Positions 41,105 through 52,143 of a stretch of DNA of 64,000 nt are shown here, one piece after another. Position 1 is the first letter of the stretch; every line of letters begins with the position of its first letter. Source of the DNA: Vulcanimicrobiota bacterium (GTDB lineage: Bacteria; Vulcanimicrobiota; Vulcanimicrobiia; Vulcanimicrobiales; Vulcanimicrobiaceae); assembly GCA_963714015.1 (NCBI GenBank), contig OY970223.1, positions 1,952,001 through 2,016,000 on the forward strand. The letters run 5' to 3'. The position numbers and the translations under genes are program-made. The notes beneath the pieces are model-generated. The model ran no database searches and was not told the DNA's origin. It saw only the letters and a list, made by a program, of their open reading frames with translations.

Positions 41105-44100
41105 GCGGCTATGCCGAACTCCATTGCCGGTCGAATTTCACGTTTCTCGAGGGCGGCTCGCATCCGGAAGAACTCGTCGAGAATGCTGCGAGGCTTCGTC
41201 TTGACGCCCTAGCGATTGCCGACCGCGACGGCCTGTATGGCGCGGTACGCTTTGCCAAAGCCGCGGCGGAGCGCGGCATTGCCGGCATCATCGGCGCCGA
41301 TCTGCGGTTCGAAGACGGACGAACCATAACGGCGCTGGTCGAGAACGAAACCGGATACGCGAACCTGTGCGAGATTCTTTCCGCGGGACAACTGCGCGGC
41401 AGCAAGACTGGAGCCGCGTCTGCAATATGCAGACTTGGACGGCCGGACCGGCGGCCTTATCGCGCTCTGCAACGAGCCGGATACGGCGTTCGTCGAAATG
41501 CTGCGCGAGCGGCTCACCGGAGCGCTTTACGTCGAATTGCAGCATCATTTACACGCGGCCGACGCGCGCCGCTGCCGGGAGCTGCTTGCAATCGCGGAAC
41601 GCAGCGGCTTACCGTACGTGGCTACCAACGGCGTGATGTACGCGCTCAAAGAGCATGCGCGGCTTGCCGACGTTCTGCTTTGCGTCAAGAACAAAACGAC
41701 GCTGACTCAAGCGCGCGAAGATGCCCTGCTGCGTCCCAATGCCGAGTACCATCTCAAACCGGCGCGCATGATGGCGCAGATTTTCTCCGGTTATCCGCAG
41801 GCAATTCGCAATACGCTCGTCATCGCGGAGCGTTGCGCGTTCCGCCTGGATAAGCTGGCCGGACAATTTCCGCTCTTTCCGGTGCCGGAAGGGTATACGC
41901 GCCAAAGCTATCTGCGCGAACTGGTGTACCGAGGCGCGGCCGGGCGTTACGGCAATCCGCTGGACTCCAAAGTGGAACGCCAATTGGAGTACGAGCTCGG
42001 CATGGTCGCGCGCATGGACTTGGCGGGCTATTTTTTGATCGTTTGGGATATCGTTCGCGAGGCGGGCGCGCAGGGCGTCCTCTGTCAAGGCCGCGGATCG
42101 GCGGCGAACTCTGCGGTCTGCTACGCACTAGGCATAACGGCAGTCGATCCGATAGGCATGAACCTGCTGTTCGAGCGTTTCATGTCGGAGGGGCGCGTGG
42201 AGATTCCGGATATCGACGTCGACTTCGCGCATCAAGACCGAGAGAAGATCATTCAATACGTGTACGACCGCTACGGGCGCACGCACGCCGCCATGGCGGC
42301 CGAAGTCGTGACGTATCACACGCGATCGGCGATTCGCGACATCGGCAAAGCCATCGGTCTGACGCTCGCGCAAGTGGACACCGTGGCAAAGGAATACGAC
42401 GCGCGCGAGTCGTTGGCGGGCGCGGCCGGCGTTGCAGGTGAGGCAGAGCAGCCCGATCCCGACATGCCGCCGCGGGGGGAAGCGCGCAAGCCGCGTTTAG
42501 GTCACGCCCATGACTATCACGGTTTTTACGATCGCGACTATGGCGACGATCCCGATCCGAACATCAAAGCGCCGCTGGAAGGAGAGATCGGCCGGCGGTT
42601 GTTCGCACTTTGCCGGCGCGTCGAAGGCTTTCCGCGCCATATGGGAATTCATTCGGGCGGCATGGTGATCACGCGAGATCCGCTCGTGCGCGTTGCCCCG
42701 GTCGAATGGGCGACGATGCGCGATCGCACGATCGTGCAGTGGGACAAGGACGATCTCCAGGACCTCGGCCTGATCAAAATCGATTTGCTGGGCCTGGGCA
42801 TGCTCTCGCTTTTGCGCGAGGCTTTTTCACTGCACAAACGCTGCCTCGAACGCGCCGATACGGGGGTTGAAGGCAACGCTCCGCTTGCGCTCCATACGAT
42901 ACCTCAAGACGACAAGCCGACGTACGAGATGATTCAGAAGGCGGACACGATCGGCGTATTTCAGATCGAGTCGCGGGCGCAGCAGTCGATGCTTCCGCGC
43001 ATGAAGCCGGCGTGTTTTTACGACATCGTCATGCAGGTCGCTATCATTCGTCCGGGACCGATTCAAGGCCAGATGATCCATCCGTTTCTGCGCCGGAGAT
43101 CCGGGATGGAGCCCGTAACCTTTCCGCATCCCAAACTCAAGCCGGTGCTCGAGCGAACGCTGGGCGTGCCGCTGTTTCAAGAGCAGGGTATGCGCATGGC
43201 GATCGAGGCGGCCGGATTCTCGCCGGCCGAAGCCGATAAGCTGCGCCGCGCGATGGGACACAAACGTTCGCACGAGCGGATGCAGCAGATCTATCCGAAG
43301 CTGGTTCAGGGTATGGTCGACAACGGCATCGAACGGGGAGCGGCCGAGCAGCTCTTTCACATGCTCGAAGGTTTTGCGGACTACGGATTTCCCGAATCGC
43401 ACGCCGCAAGCTTTGCGCTGCTCGCGTACGAGTCGGCGTACATGAAGTGTCGTTTCCCCGCGATTTTCGCCGCGGCGATTCTCAACGTGCAGCCGATGGG
43501 CTTTTACTCCACTGAAGTGCTCGTCAATGACGCTCGCCGGCACGGGGTGAAGGTGCTGCCGGTGACGGTGAACGCGAGCGAGTACTGGAGCTTCGTCGAG
43601 CCGGACGGTGCGCTGCGCTTGGGATTTCACTTGATTCGCGGCCTGGGCGAGGCGCAGCGCGAGCAGCTGCAAAACGCAGTAGCGCAGGGAACGTTTGCGG
43701 ATCTGCGGGATTTTGCGCGGCGCACGCAACTCGAAAAGGAAGCGATGGAGAACCTAGCGGCAGCGGCCGCGTTTACCCCGTGGTTCTCATCGCGGCGGGA
43801 GGCGATGTGGGCGCTGCGCGGTTTGGACGAGCGTGAAACGCGCGGCGAACTGGGCCGCATGATGGACGTCGACGAACCGCAGGCGGAGTTCGCGGCAATC
43901 TCGGCGCGGCAAGAAACGGCGTTCGATCTGTGGTCGACGGGCGTTTCGCCGAACGTTCAGCCGATGGCGTATCTGCGCGAAGAACTCGATCGCCGCGGCG
44001 TGATCCCGGCGGAAAAACTCAGCCGGACCCGGCATAACGCGATCTGTAAGGTCGGCGGGATGGTCATTACCCGCCAGCGGCCGGGAACGGCCAAGGGTTT

Positions 44101-44320
44101 CGTCTTCCTAACGCTCGAGGACGAAACGGGCCTCGTGAACGTGATCGTCCGGCCGGACGTCTACGAGAAATATCGCCGCACCGTCCGGCAGGCGATGTCG
44201 GTCATCGTCGAGGGACAGCTGCAAAAGGAGAGCGGCTGCATCGACGTGCTCGCGCGGCGCATTTGGCAGTTCGATGCGAGCGACGTCACCGGCGGCGTGC
44301 GTTCCCGCAATTTCCAGTGA
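41101..44320 (+). CDS. dnaE2: Error-prone DNA polymerase DnaE2/ImuC (+1 indel near 41407)
   Basis: YAELHCRSNFTFLEG, GRGSAANS, PDIDVDF, KIDLLGLG, YGFPESHA, QPMGFY, C-terminal SRNF. Confidence 0.95.
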
Positions 44321-44330
44321 AGTAATCGAA

Positions 44331-45368
44331 CTAGTGTGTCAGCGCGAGCGCAGCGGCGTCGTTCAGCGGCGTCGTGCCGTACGTCGTCAGCGTGAAAGTG
44401 TTCGAATCCGCTCGCACTGCACCCCTACCGTCGACGAACCACAGATCGTGCGTGACGGGATCGATGGTTAACGAATTCGCGGTGTTCTTGAGCAAAATCG
44501 TATGAATGAGTTGATTCGTCATCGTGTCGATCACGAAGATCTCATCCGCACCGGCCGCGACGTAGAGACGGTGCGCTTGCGCGTCTCCAACCATGTCGCT
44601 GGGAAAGTTTCCCCCCAGGCCGATCGTGCTTACCACGGCGTGACTGAGCGTATCGACGACGCTCACTGTCGTCAGGTTTGAGGGTTTATACCCGAGCACG
44701 TAGAGGCGGCGGCCGTCCGCGGATACCGATACGCTGTATGGTTGCGATCCCGCCGGATATTCGCCCACTTCAGCCAAAGTCGACGTATCGAGAACTCTGA
44801 CGCCCGAACCGTCGGCATTATACAGAAACTTTCCGTCGGGAGAAACGGCGGCGGCATGACAGAAAGAAGTGGTAACCAGCCCGGTGGACCCGCGCGCCAC
44901 GATTCGGCGGCTGTTCGGATCGATCTTGTACGTGAAGTCTGCACCGCCGGCGTAGAGGAAATGACCGTACGGAGAGATCGTAAGAACGTCCATGTCTGCC
45001 CGCGGCGGCAACTGTATCTGCACGACCGACTGCGTGCCGGCGTTGATGACGGCGATCTGCTTGACGTAGCCGCCTTCATTTAGCGGAACGTAGACGCGCT
45101 GGAAGTACGGCCCCGCGATCGGCGGTGGGCCGCCGAAATTCAAATCAAACGTGTGCAAAACGCTGTGCGTAGCCGGATCGAATTCCGCCACTTGATTCTG
45201 CGACTGCGGAATGCCGTAGTTTATTTCAGCCCAGATCAACGGTTGACCGGCCGCGCGAACGGATTCGGAGAACGAATCGCTTGCCCCCGGGACGAGTCCG
45301 CCGGCGTTCGAGCAACCCGCAAGCACGGCGCAGAAAATAAGAATAGCCGAAGCGGCAATAGAGCGCAT
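44331..45368 (-). CDS. YncE/YVTN-type beta-propeller lipoprotein
   Basis: Lipobox LAGC; repeats VSPDGKFLY, VSADGRRLYV, VSVVDT. Confidence 0.75.
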   Translation of the reverse strand: MRSIAASAILIFCAVLAGCSNAGGLVPGASDSFSESVRAAGQPLIWAEINYGIPQSQNQVAEFDPATHSVLHTFDLNFGGPPPIAGPYFQRVYVPLNEGGYVKQIAVINAGTQSVVQIQLPPRADMDVLTISPYGHFLYAGGADFTYKIDPNSRRIVARGSTGLVTTSFCHAAAVSPDGKFLYNADGSGVRVLDTSTLAEVGEYPAGSQPYSVSVSADGRRLYVLGYKPSNLTTVSVVDTLSHAVVSTIGLGGNFPSDMVGDAQAHRLYVAAGADEIFVIDTMTNQLIHTILLKNTANSLTIDPVTHDLWFVDGRGAVRADSNTFTLTTYGTTPLNDAAALALTH

Positions 45369-45484
45369 TGGCTAAGTATGTCGCCGCGTTCGACGGCTTT
45401 CAATGGTACTTTGGGGAACCGCTTGCTTAAATGGTAATCAGCATTGTCTTCGATGGGGCGCCCGTGACGACGACACGGTTCCGT

Positions 45485-46298
45485 TCAGTCGCGGGCAATA
45501 GGGCAGGTCAGCAACTGCGCCAAGTGCCGCAAGCAAAAGGCGATCAGCGGATGAACGTTCGTTCCCGGCGTCAATTCAAAATCGGGCATCGGCGTGGGCA
45601 GTGGGATGTGCTCGATGTGCAGCAAGAACGGATCTTGCGAGGGCAGGTACCGCAGCGGCCAAGGGACCAGTCCCGTTTCCGTGGTTCCGTCGGCGTACTC
45701 GACCCAGTAGCGGACGTAATAGTAATCGTAGCCGGCGCTGCGCCACGATTTGCCCGGAACCGGTTCCAGCAATCCTTCTTGCACTGGTCCGGTTGTGACG
45801 CTGCCGAAAGCATTGAAGTGGTAGCGCTTGATCGCCTCGGGCGCCGCGTTGGCCCGAGCGACGCTCAGCACGAGGTTGTTTTCCATTCGCAGCTTCGCGA
45901 TGGTTTTTTCGAACTGCCGCTGCTGCGCTTGAGTGTCGATCTGCGGAAGATCGATCGGCTCTCGCCGGGTGGGCAGCTTCACCGAAGCGCGGGGATTGAT
46001 GCGAGCTGAATTCGCGCGGGGGCGCTGCCGGCGGTTTTGGACGCGCAATGGGGTGCGGCGCAGGCCGCGGCTGCAGTTGCCGGCGCACGACCGGCGGGGT
46101 TTGAGGGTGAGGCGGCGCCGGACGCACGCGCCGAGTGAGCCGCAAAGCCGACGACCGCGCGACATAGACGACTTCCTGAGGCCCCGGCACTTTGCTGCGG
46201 CCGCCGAAAAGCCAGACGAACAGCGGTCCGAGCGTGAAGTGAAGCAGAAGCGAAAGGACGATACACCCGAGCAGCAGCCGCGAGACTCGATGATGCAC
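45485..46298 (-). CDS. TonB/TolA-like membrane-anchored Pro-rich protein (frameshift near 46010)
   Basis: TM with SLLLH and a Pro-rich linker; C-terminal domain continues in ORF 45485..46165. Confidence 0.5.
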
Positions 46299-47092
46299 TA
46301 CCTGCTTATACGACGCGGGTGCGTGAAGTATCTCACGCCGGCTTGCTCCAAGATCGGGCGCCCCGGACCGTTCAGCACGAATTCGATGAATTTTGCGGCG
46401 GCGGCAGGGTGCGGGGCGTCCGGAAGTTGTGCTATTGCGTAGGCGATCTTGCCCGAGAGGTTGGCGTCGGCGGGCAGTTCAAGGAGACTGAGACCTCGCC
46501 GGGGCGTCTCCGTAGAATAGAAGAAGCCCGCATCGGTCTCGCCGCTCTCTACGCGCACGGCCAAATCTTCCTCGGGAAACATCTCCGACTTTTGCAGCAC
46601 TTCCTGCGCAAGTTGCGGCTGGTGAAAATGTTTCCCCAGCAAGCGCAGTGAGACGATCGTCCGTTCGCCCTTTGGATCGAGTGCCGGATCGGTGCGGCCG
46701 ACGCGTACCCGAGGATCGGCTAAGGCCGAGAGAAGCGAACCTTTGCCGCTGCGGACGGCATCGAAGAGAGCATGCTCCGGCGACTCGGGCGAGTATGCGA
46801 CGAGCATCCGGGCCGATCCGAAAATGACGCCCGGCGCAATCCCGCGCAGCAGCCCCGGATCCGCGGTAATGAAGACGTCCGCCGTGCGAAGACCGGCGGC
46901 GACCAGATGCGCCAGCGCTTTACTGCCCTTCCCCTCACCCGAAAAATCCAGGCCCGTATGACGGCGGAGCGAGACGGCCAGCGGCCCTTCCATCACGCGC
47001 ACCAGGCTCCCCGCGTAAAGCACCGAGACGGTCGCCGCTGAATTGGGTACGAGGCCCACCGTTAGTGCGAGGACCAATGCGAGCGGCTTCAT
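46298..47092 (-). CDS. Molybdate/tungstate ABC substrate-binding protein (ModA/WtpA family)
   Basis: Signal peptide, VLYAGSL, ADVFITAD, GRTDPALDPKG, GETDAGFFY, IAYAI. Confidence 0.8.
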   Translation of the reverse strand: MKPLALVLALTVGLVPNSAATVSVLYAGSLVRVMEGPLAVSLRRHTGLDFSGEGKGSKALAHLVAAGLRTADVFITADPGLLRGIAPGVIFGSARMLVAYSPESPEHALFDAVRSGKGSLLSALADPRVRVGRTDPALDPKGERTIVSLRLLGKHFHQPQLAQEVLQKSEMFPEEDLAVRVESGETDAGFFYSTETPRRGLSLLELPADANLSGKIAYAIAQLPDAPHPAAAAKFIEFVLNGPGRPILEQAGVRYFTHPRRISR

Positions 47093-47166
47093 GGCGTTTG
47101 CGTTGCGCCATGTATGGGAGCGATCCCTAGCGAAGATGTGTGCGTCCCCGCAGGAGTAGGAGAGCT

Positions 47167-47421
47167 TTGACGCAGGTGCAGCAGACGAACGAGACACCCG
47201 GAACGAACGGTCAGCCGCCGAGCGGCGATCGCGACGGAAACATTACGCGCGCGCTCGTATGGATCGGCGTCGCAGGGCTTTCCGCGGCGCTGGCATTCAC
47301 CGTCGTTCGTGCAATGCTGGCGCGCCAACCCGCCGATCCGACCAGCCGGCGCATCCAGCAACTGATCGACGAGGCGAATCAACTCCTCAAGACGCTTGAC
47401 GACCAAAGACACACGGGATAA
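47167..47421 (+). CDS. Small membrane-anchored hypothetical protein
   Basis: SD AGGAG, TTG start, single TM and helical tail IQQLIDEANQLL. Confidence 0.6.
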   Translation: MTQVQQTNETPGTNGQPPSGDRDGNITRALVWIGVAGLSAALAFTVVRAMLARQPADPTSRRIQQLIDEANQLLKTLDDQRHTG

Positions 47422-48893
47422 CTCCGCCACACCGCCGCTGAAAGCCGGCGCCGAAGTCGAAATGGGCTTCAGCGACCTCTTAGCCAACGGCCAAGCAGTC
47501 GGAAGAACCGGCGGAATGGTGGTGTTCTGCTTCGGGCCGCTTCCGCACGAGCGGGCGCGTGTCCGCATCACGACGGTAAAGCAGAAGTACGCCGTTGCCG
47601 ACTTGCTTTCGCTAACGAAACGATCGCCGTACCGGGCACAGCCGTTTTGTCCGGTGTTCGGCGTCTGCGGCGGCTGCCAGGTGCAGCATCTGAGCTATCC
47701 GGCGCAGCTCGGTTGGAAACGTGACGTGGTCAAGAACGCGCTCGAGCGCATCGGCGGCTTTAGCGACGTGGACGTCCGCGATCCCGTCGGTATGATCAAC
47801 CCGCGCAATTACCGCAACAAGATGTCGCTCGTGGTCTCTTCCGGTCCGCGCGCCGCGCGAGCGTTAGGATTTTACAAGCAGCGATCGCACGACGTGGTGC
47901 CGTATCGACGGCTGCCCAATCGTGCTGCCGCAGCTCAACGCGCACATCGCAAAGCTGAACGAGAGCCTGGGGAGGCCCGCGCTCGCGCCGGCTTTCGAGG
48001 ATGCCCTGCACATCGTGGAGCGCACGGCAAAGGCTACCGATCAAACCGTGGTGACCTTTACGACGACGCACCCTTCGGCGCCGCTCGCAGAGCGCGCTCA
48101 GCAGCTGGTCAACACGCTGCCCGGGGCGGTCGGCTTGACCAATTCGTTCGATCTCTCCAGCCAAAACGCAATCGTCGGACGTAAGCATCGCGTGCTTGCC
48201 GGAGAGCCGCAGATCGAGGAGCAACTGGGCGGCGTGCGCTACCGCGTATCCGCCGGATCGTTTTTTCAAGTGAACGTCGAAATCGTCGGCCGGATCTTCG
48301 ATTTCATGCGCCCGGGCCTGGACGTTCCGCGCAAGATCGTGGATCTGTATTGCGGAGCCGGAACTTTTTCGCTGTTCTTCGCGAAGCTCGGAAGCGAAGT
48401 GCTCGGAGTCGAAGAGAGTCCGCACGCAATCGATGAGGCAAAGGAGAACGCGGCGCTCAACGAGCTGACGGGGATGGCGCGGTTTCTTTCGGGGAAGGTC
48501 GAAGATCTGGTTCGCCGCCCGGACGTCGCGAGCGCGCTGAGCGAGGCCCAGATCGTCTTCCTCGATCCGCCGCGCAAGGGCAGCGACGAGGTAACGCTGG
48601 CAGCCGTGGCGCGCAGCGGGGTGCCGAACATTTGGTACCTGTCGTGCGACCCCGCCACGTTGGCCCGGGATTTAAAGTTTCTGGCATCCAAAGGGTATGG
48701 TTTGGGCGTCGTGCAGCCGTTCGACATGTTTCCGCAGACCGGTCACATCGAGACGCTGGTCACGGTGCATCTCAAGACGGCGATGCACCAGCAGATTATC
48801 CAGCAGGCGTTCAAAGATGCCCCCGTGCCGGCGTGGCCGACCGGCGAATTTTCCGAAGATCCGCAGGAGTATCCCGAGTTTGTCATCCGATAA
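47396..48893 (+). CDS. rlmD: 23S rRNA m5U1939 methyltransferase RlmD/TrmA family (+1 indel near 47903)
   Basis: TRAM domain, CPVFGVCGGCQ, YRNK, SFFQVN, DLYCGAG, DPPRKG, YLSCDPATLARD, DMFPQTGHIE. Confidence 0.9.
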
Positions 48894-49176
48894 AATCGAC
48901 GTCCGCTACGTGGCTAAACTGGCCCGTATCGCACTGACCGACGAAGAGGTCGAGCGGTTCGGCGTGCAGCTGGGCAATTTGCTCGAGCACGTAAACGTGC
49001 TTTCCGAGCTCGATACTGCATCGGTGGCGGCGACCGCCCAAGTCGTCGAATCGCGTAACATCGAACGCGAAGACACCCCGCAGCCGTGCCTCGACCGCGA
49101 GGCGGTACTTGCGATGGCCCCGCAGCGGCAAGGCCCGTTCTTCCGCGTTCCCCGCATCATTGCGGAGGCTGAGTGA
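48880..49176 (+). CDS. gatC: Asp/Glu-tRNA amidotransferase subunit C
   Basis: VRYVAKLARI...REDTP...FFRVPRII; SD CAGGAG before TTG. Confidence 0.92.
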   Translation: MSSDKIDVRYVAKLARIALTDEEVERFGVQLGNLLEHVNVLSELDTASVAATAQVVESRNIEREDTPQPCLDREAVLAMAPQRQGPFFRVPRIIAEAE

Positions 49177-50663
49177 TGCACGAACGCATTTCCCGGAGCG
49201 CGGCGGAAACGGCGCGCGCGGTGAACGGCCGTGAATTCTCGGCGAGAGAGATGACGGACGTGGTGCTCGAGCACGTGGACGCGATCGACGGTGCGGTGGG
49301 TTCTTACCTTACGCCGCTGCATCAGCTCGCGCGCGAATACGCTGATAAAGTGGACACGCGTGTGCGCGCGGGTGAAGAACTGCCGCTTGCCGGGGTTCCG
49401 CTGGCCGTCAAGGACAACATGTGTCTTGCGGGGACGCGCACGACGTGCGGTTCGAAGATCCTCGAGCATTGGATCGCGCCGTACACCGCGACCGCCGTTG
49501 CGCGGCTGATCGAGGCGGGCGCGATTCCGATCGGCAAGACCAACATGGACGAATTCGCAATGGGCAGCTCGTGCGAGAACAGCGCCTTGGGTGTAACGCG
49601 CAATCCGTACGGCTTGAACCGCGTGCCCGGCGGCAGTTCGGGCGGATCGGCGTCAGCCGTTGCAGCGCACGAAGCTGCAATCGGCATGGGGAGCGATACC
49701 GGCGGATCGATCCGCGAGCCCGGCGCGTTCTGCAATTTGATTGGATTCAAACCCACCTACGGTCGCGTTTCGCGGTACGGGCTCGTCGCATTTGCTTCCA
49801 GTCTGGATCAAATCGGGCCGCTGACGCGGACGGTCGAAGACGCGGCGCTTGCCTATGACGCCATGGCCGGTCACGATCCGATGGATTCGACGAGCATCGA
49901 CCGCGCCGTCGAACCTGCTGCTTCGGCGTTGCGGCGGGATCTCAAAGGGATGCGCATCGGGATCGTCAAGGAATTCGTTACCGGCAAGCTCGGCAGGCAG
50001 ATCGACGAACTGTATCAGCGCGCTTACCGGGAGCTCCGGGACTTGGGCGCGGAGCTGGTCGACGTTTCGCTCCCGACGGCGGATTACGGCCTTGCGACCT
50101 ACTATCTCATCGCGCCGGCGGAGTGCAGCAGCAACCTCGCGCGTTTCGACGGCGTGCGGTACGGGCTGCGCGTCGAGGGCGCGGACGTCGGGCAGATGTA
50201 CGAGAACACGCGCGCTGCGGGCTTTGGTCCGGAGGTCAAGCGGCGCATTCTGATCGGCACGTATGCGCTCTCGAGCGGCTATTACGACGCATATTACGTC
50301 AAGGCCCAGAAAGCGCGAACGCTCTTTTCGCGGGACTTCCGGCAGGCATTCGAGCGATGCGATTTGATTGCGTCGCCCGCAGCGAGCTCGCCCGCATTCG
50401 AATTCAACTCGAAGAGCGATCCGTACAGCATGTATATGATGGACTATTACACGATTCCCATGTCGCTCGCCGGGCTGCCCGCCCTGTCGGTGCCGTGCGG
50501 TTGGATCGACTCGATGCCGATGGGCTTGCAGCTTGCCGCGCCGCTCTTCGAAGAAGCCAAATTGCTCGGAGCCGCACATGCCTACGAGCAGGCTACGAAG
50601 CATGCTGCGGAAGTCGACGTTTGGGCGCGCTTGGAAGGCGCTCGCACCGGTGCCGGAGCTTAG
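49173..50663 (+). CDS. gatA: Asp/Glu-tRNA amidotransferase subunit A
   Basis: GKTNMDEFAMGSS, GGSSGGS, SDTGGSIR, EVKRRILIGTYALSSGYY. Confidence 0.96.
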   Translation: MMHERISRSAAETARAVNGREFSAREMTDVVLEHVDAIDGAVGSYLTPLHQLAREYADKVDTRVRAGEELPLAGVPLAVKDNMCLAGTRTTCGSKILEHWIAPYTATAVARLIEAGAIPIGKTNMDEFAMGSSCENSALGVTRNPYGLNRVPGGSSGGSASAVAAHEAAIGMGSDTGGSIREPGAFCNLIGFKPTYGRVSRYGLVAFASSLDQIGPLTRTVEDAALAYDAMAGHDPMDSTSIDRAVEPAASALRRDLKGMRIGIVKEFVTGKLGRQIDELYQRAYRELRDLGAELVDVSLPTADYGLATYYLIAPAECSSNLARFDGVRYGLRVEGADVGQMYENTRAAGFGPEVKRRILIGTYALSSGYYDAYYVKAQKARTLFSRDFRQAFERCDLIASPAASSPAFEFNSKSDPYSMYMMDYYTIPMSLAGLPALSVPCGWIDSMPMGLQLAAPLFEEAKLLGAAHAYEQATKHAAEVDVWARLEGARTGAGA

Positions 50664-50666
50664 ACA

Positions 50667-52143
50667 ATGACCGTTGCACAGGATGTCCGTACCAAATATG
50701 AAGCGGTGATCGGCATCGAGTGTCATGTCGAGCTGAAGACCCGCACGAAGATGTTTTGCGCGTGCCTGAACGAGTTCGGCGGCGAGCCGAACACGAAAGT
50801 CTGCCCGGTGTGTCTGGCGCTCCCGGGTGCGCTTCCGGTAGCGAATAAAGAAGCCGTCCGGCACATGATCGCGGCAGGGCTGGCGTTCGGAGCGCATATA
50901 CCGCCGTTCTCGAAGTTCGACCGCAAGAACTACTTCTATCCCGACATGCCCAAGGATTATCAGATTTCGCAATACGATATGCCGCTCACCCAAGGCGGCG
51001 TCGTGCGCTACTGGCTGGAAGACGGAACCGTTAAAGAATGCCGTTTGACGCGCATTCATTTGGAAGAAGACACCGGCAAGTCGACGCACGCCGGAAGCGG
51101 CGACGGCCGCATTGCCGGCAGCACCTTTTCGCTGATCGACTTCAACCGTGCCGGCGTCCCGCTGATGGAATGCGTCTCGGAGCCGGACATCCGCAACGCC
51201 GATGAAGCGGTCGGGTATTTGGAGGCGCTCAAACGCGCGTTCGTGCAACTCGGCGTAAGCGACGTGAAAATGGAGGAAGGCTCGCTCCGCTGCGATGCCA
51301 ACGTCTCCATCCGTACCGCCGGCTCGAAAGAGTTCGGCACGAAGACGGAGATCAAGAACATGAACTCGTTCCGCTCGGTGCATCGCGCGATCGAGAGCGA
51401 GATCGAACGGCAGATCGAGGTTCTGGAGTCGGGCGGACGCATCGTTCAGGAAACGCGCGGGTGGGACGAAGTGCAAGGCGTTACGCACAGCATGCGCAGC
51501 AAAGAGCAGGCCCACGACTACCGCTACTTTCCGGACCCGGATCTGGTGCCGATGCAGATCGATCCGGCGGATGATCGACCGCATCAAAGCTTCCCTGCCG
51601 CTCCTGCCTATCGCGCGCTTCGACCGGTATCGCAGCGAATACGGATTGGACGTAAAACAGGCGACGCAGCTCATCGACAATGCCCCGCTAGCCGATTACT
51701 TCGACGCGTGCGTTCAGGCGAGCAAGAATCCGCAGCAGTCCATGAATTTCGTTCTCGGCGAACTCTCGCGTTTAGCCAACGAATCCGGCACGGCCGCTTA
51801 CCAGTCGCCGGTTACGCCGGCGCATCTGGCCGAGCTCATCGCACTGGTCGACGCCAAAACGATCAATTCGAAGATCGCAAAAGAACTGCTTACACGCATG
51901 TGGAACGGCGAGGGCTCCCCAAGAGCGATCGTCGAGAACGAAGGCCTCGCGCAAACCAGCGACGCCGGCGCGATTGAGAAATTCGTCGACGAAGTGCTGG
52001 CCGCAAACCCGAAAGCGGTTGCGGATTATAAAGCCGGCAAAACGAACATTCTGGGATTCCTTACCGGCCAGGTGATGAAGGCTTCGCGCGGCAAGGCCAA
52101 TCCCGCGCTGGTTGGGGAGTTGTTGACCAAGAAACTTGGCTGA
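50667..52143 (+). CDS. gatB: Asp/Glu-tRNA amidotransferase subunit B (+1 indel near 51570)
   Basis: [41 protein letters not shown]-terminal [13 protein letters not shown] in ORF 51571..52143. Confidence 0.96.

Noticed and set aside
42415..42585. Intein in DnaE2
   Set aside because: Too short, and lacks the N-terminal Cys/Ser block and the C-terminal His-Asn.
49653..51680. Long antisense ORF (675 aa), and similar ones such as 25931..27298, 32051..33055 and 39959..41077
   Set aside because: Shadow ORFs opposite well-conserved genes in GC-rich DNA, with no recognisable domains.
27214..52143. Pseudogenes or programmed frameshifting in flhA, cheA, dnaE2, rlmD, gatB
   Set aside because: Uniform +1 shifts with no in-frame stops or decay, no shared slippery motif, and a normally essential gene affected; best explained as sequencing error.
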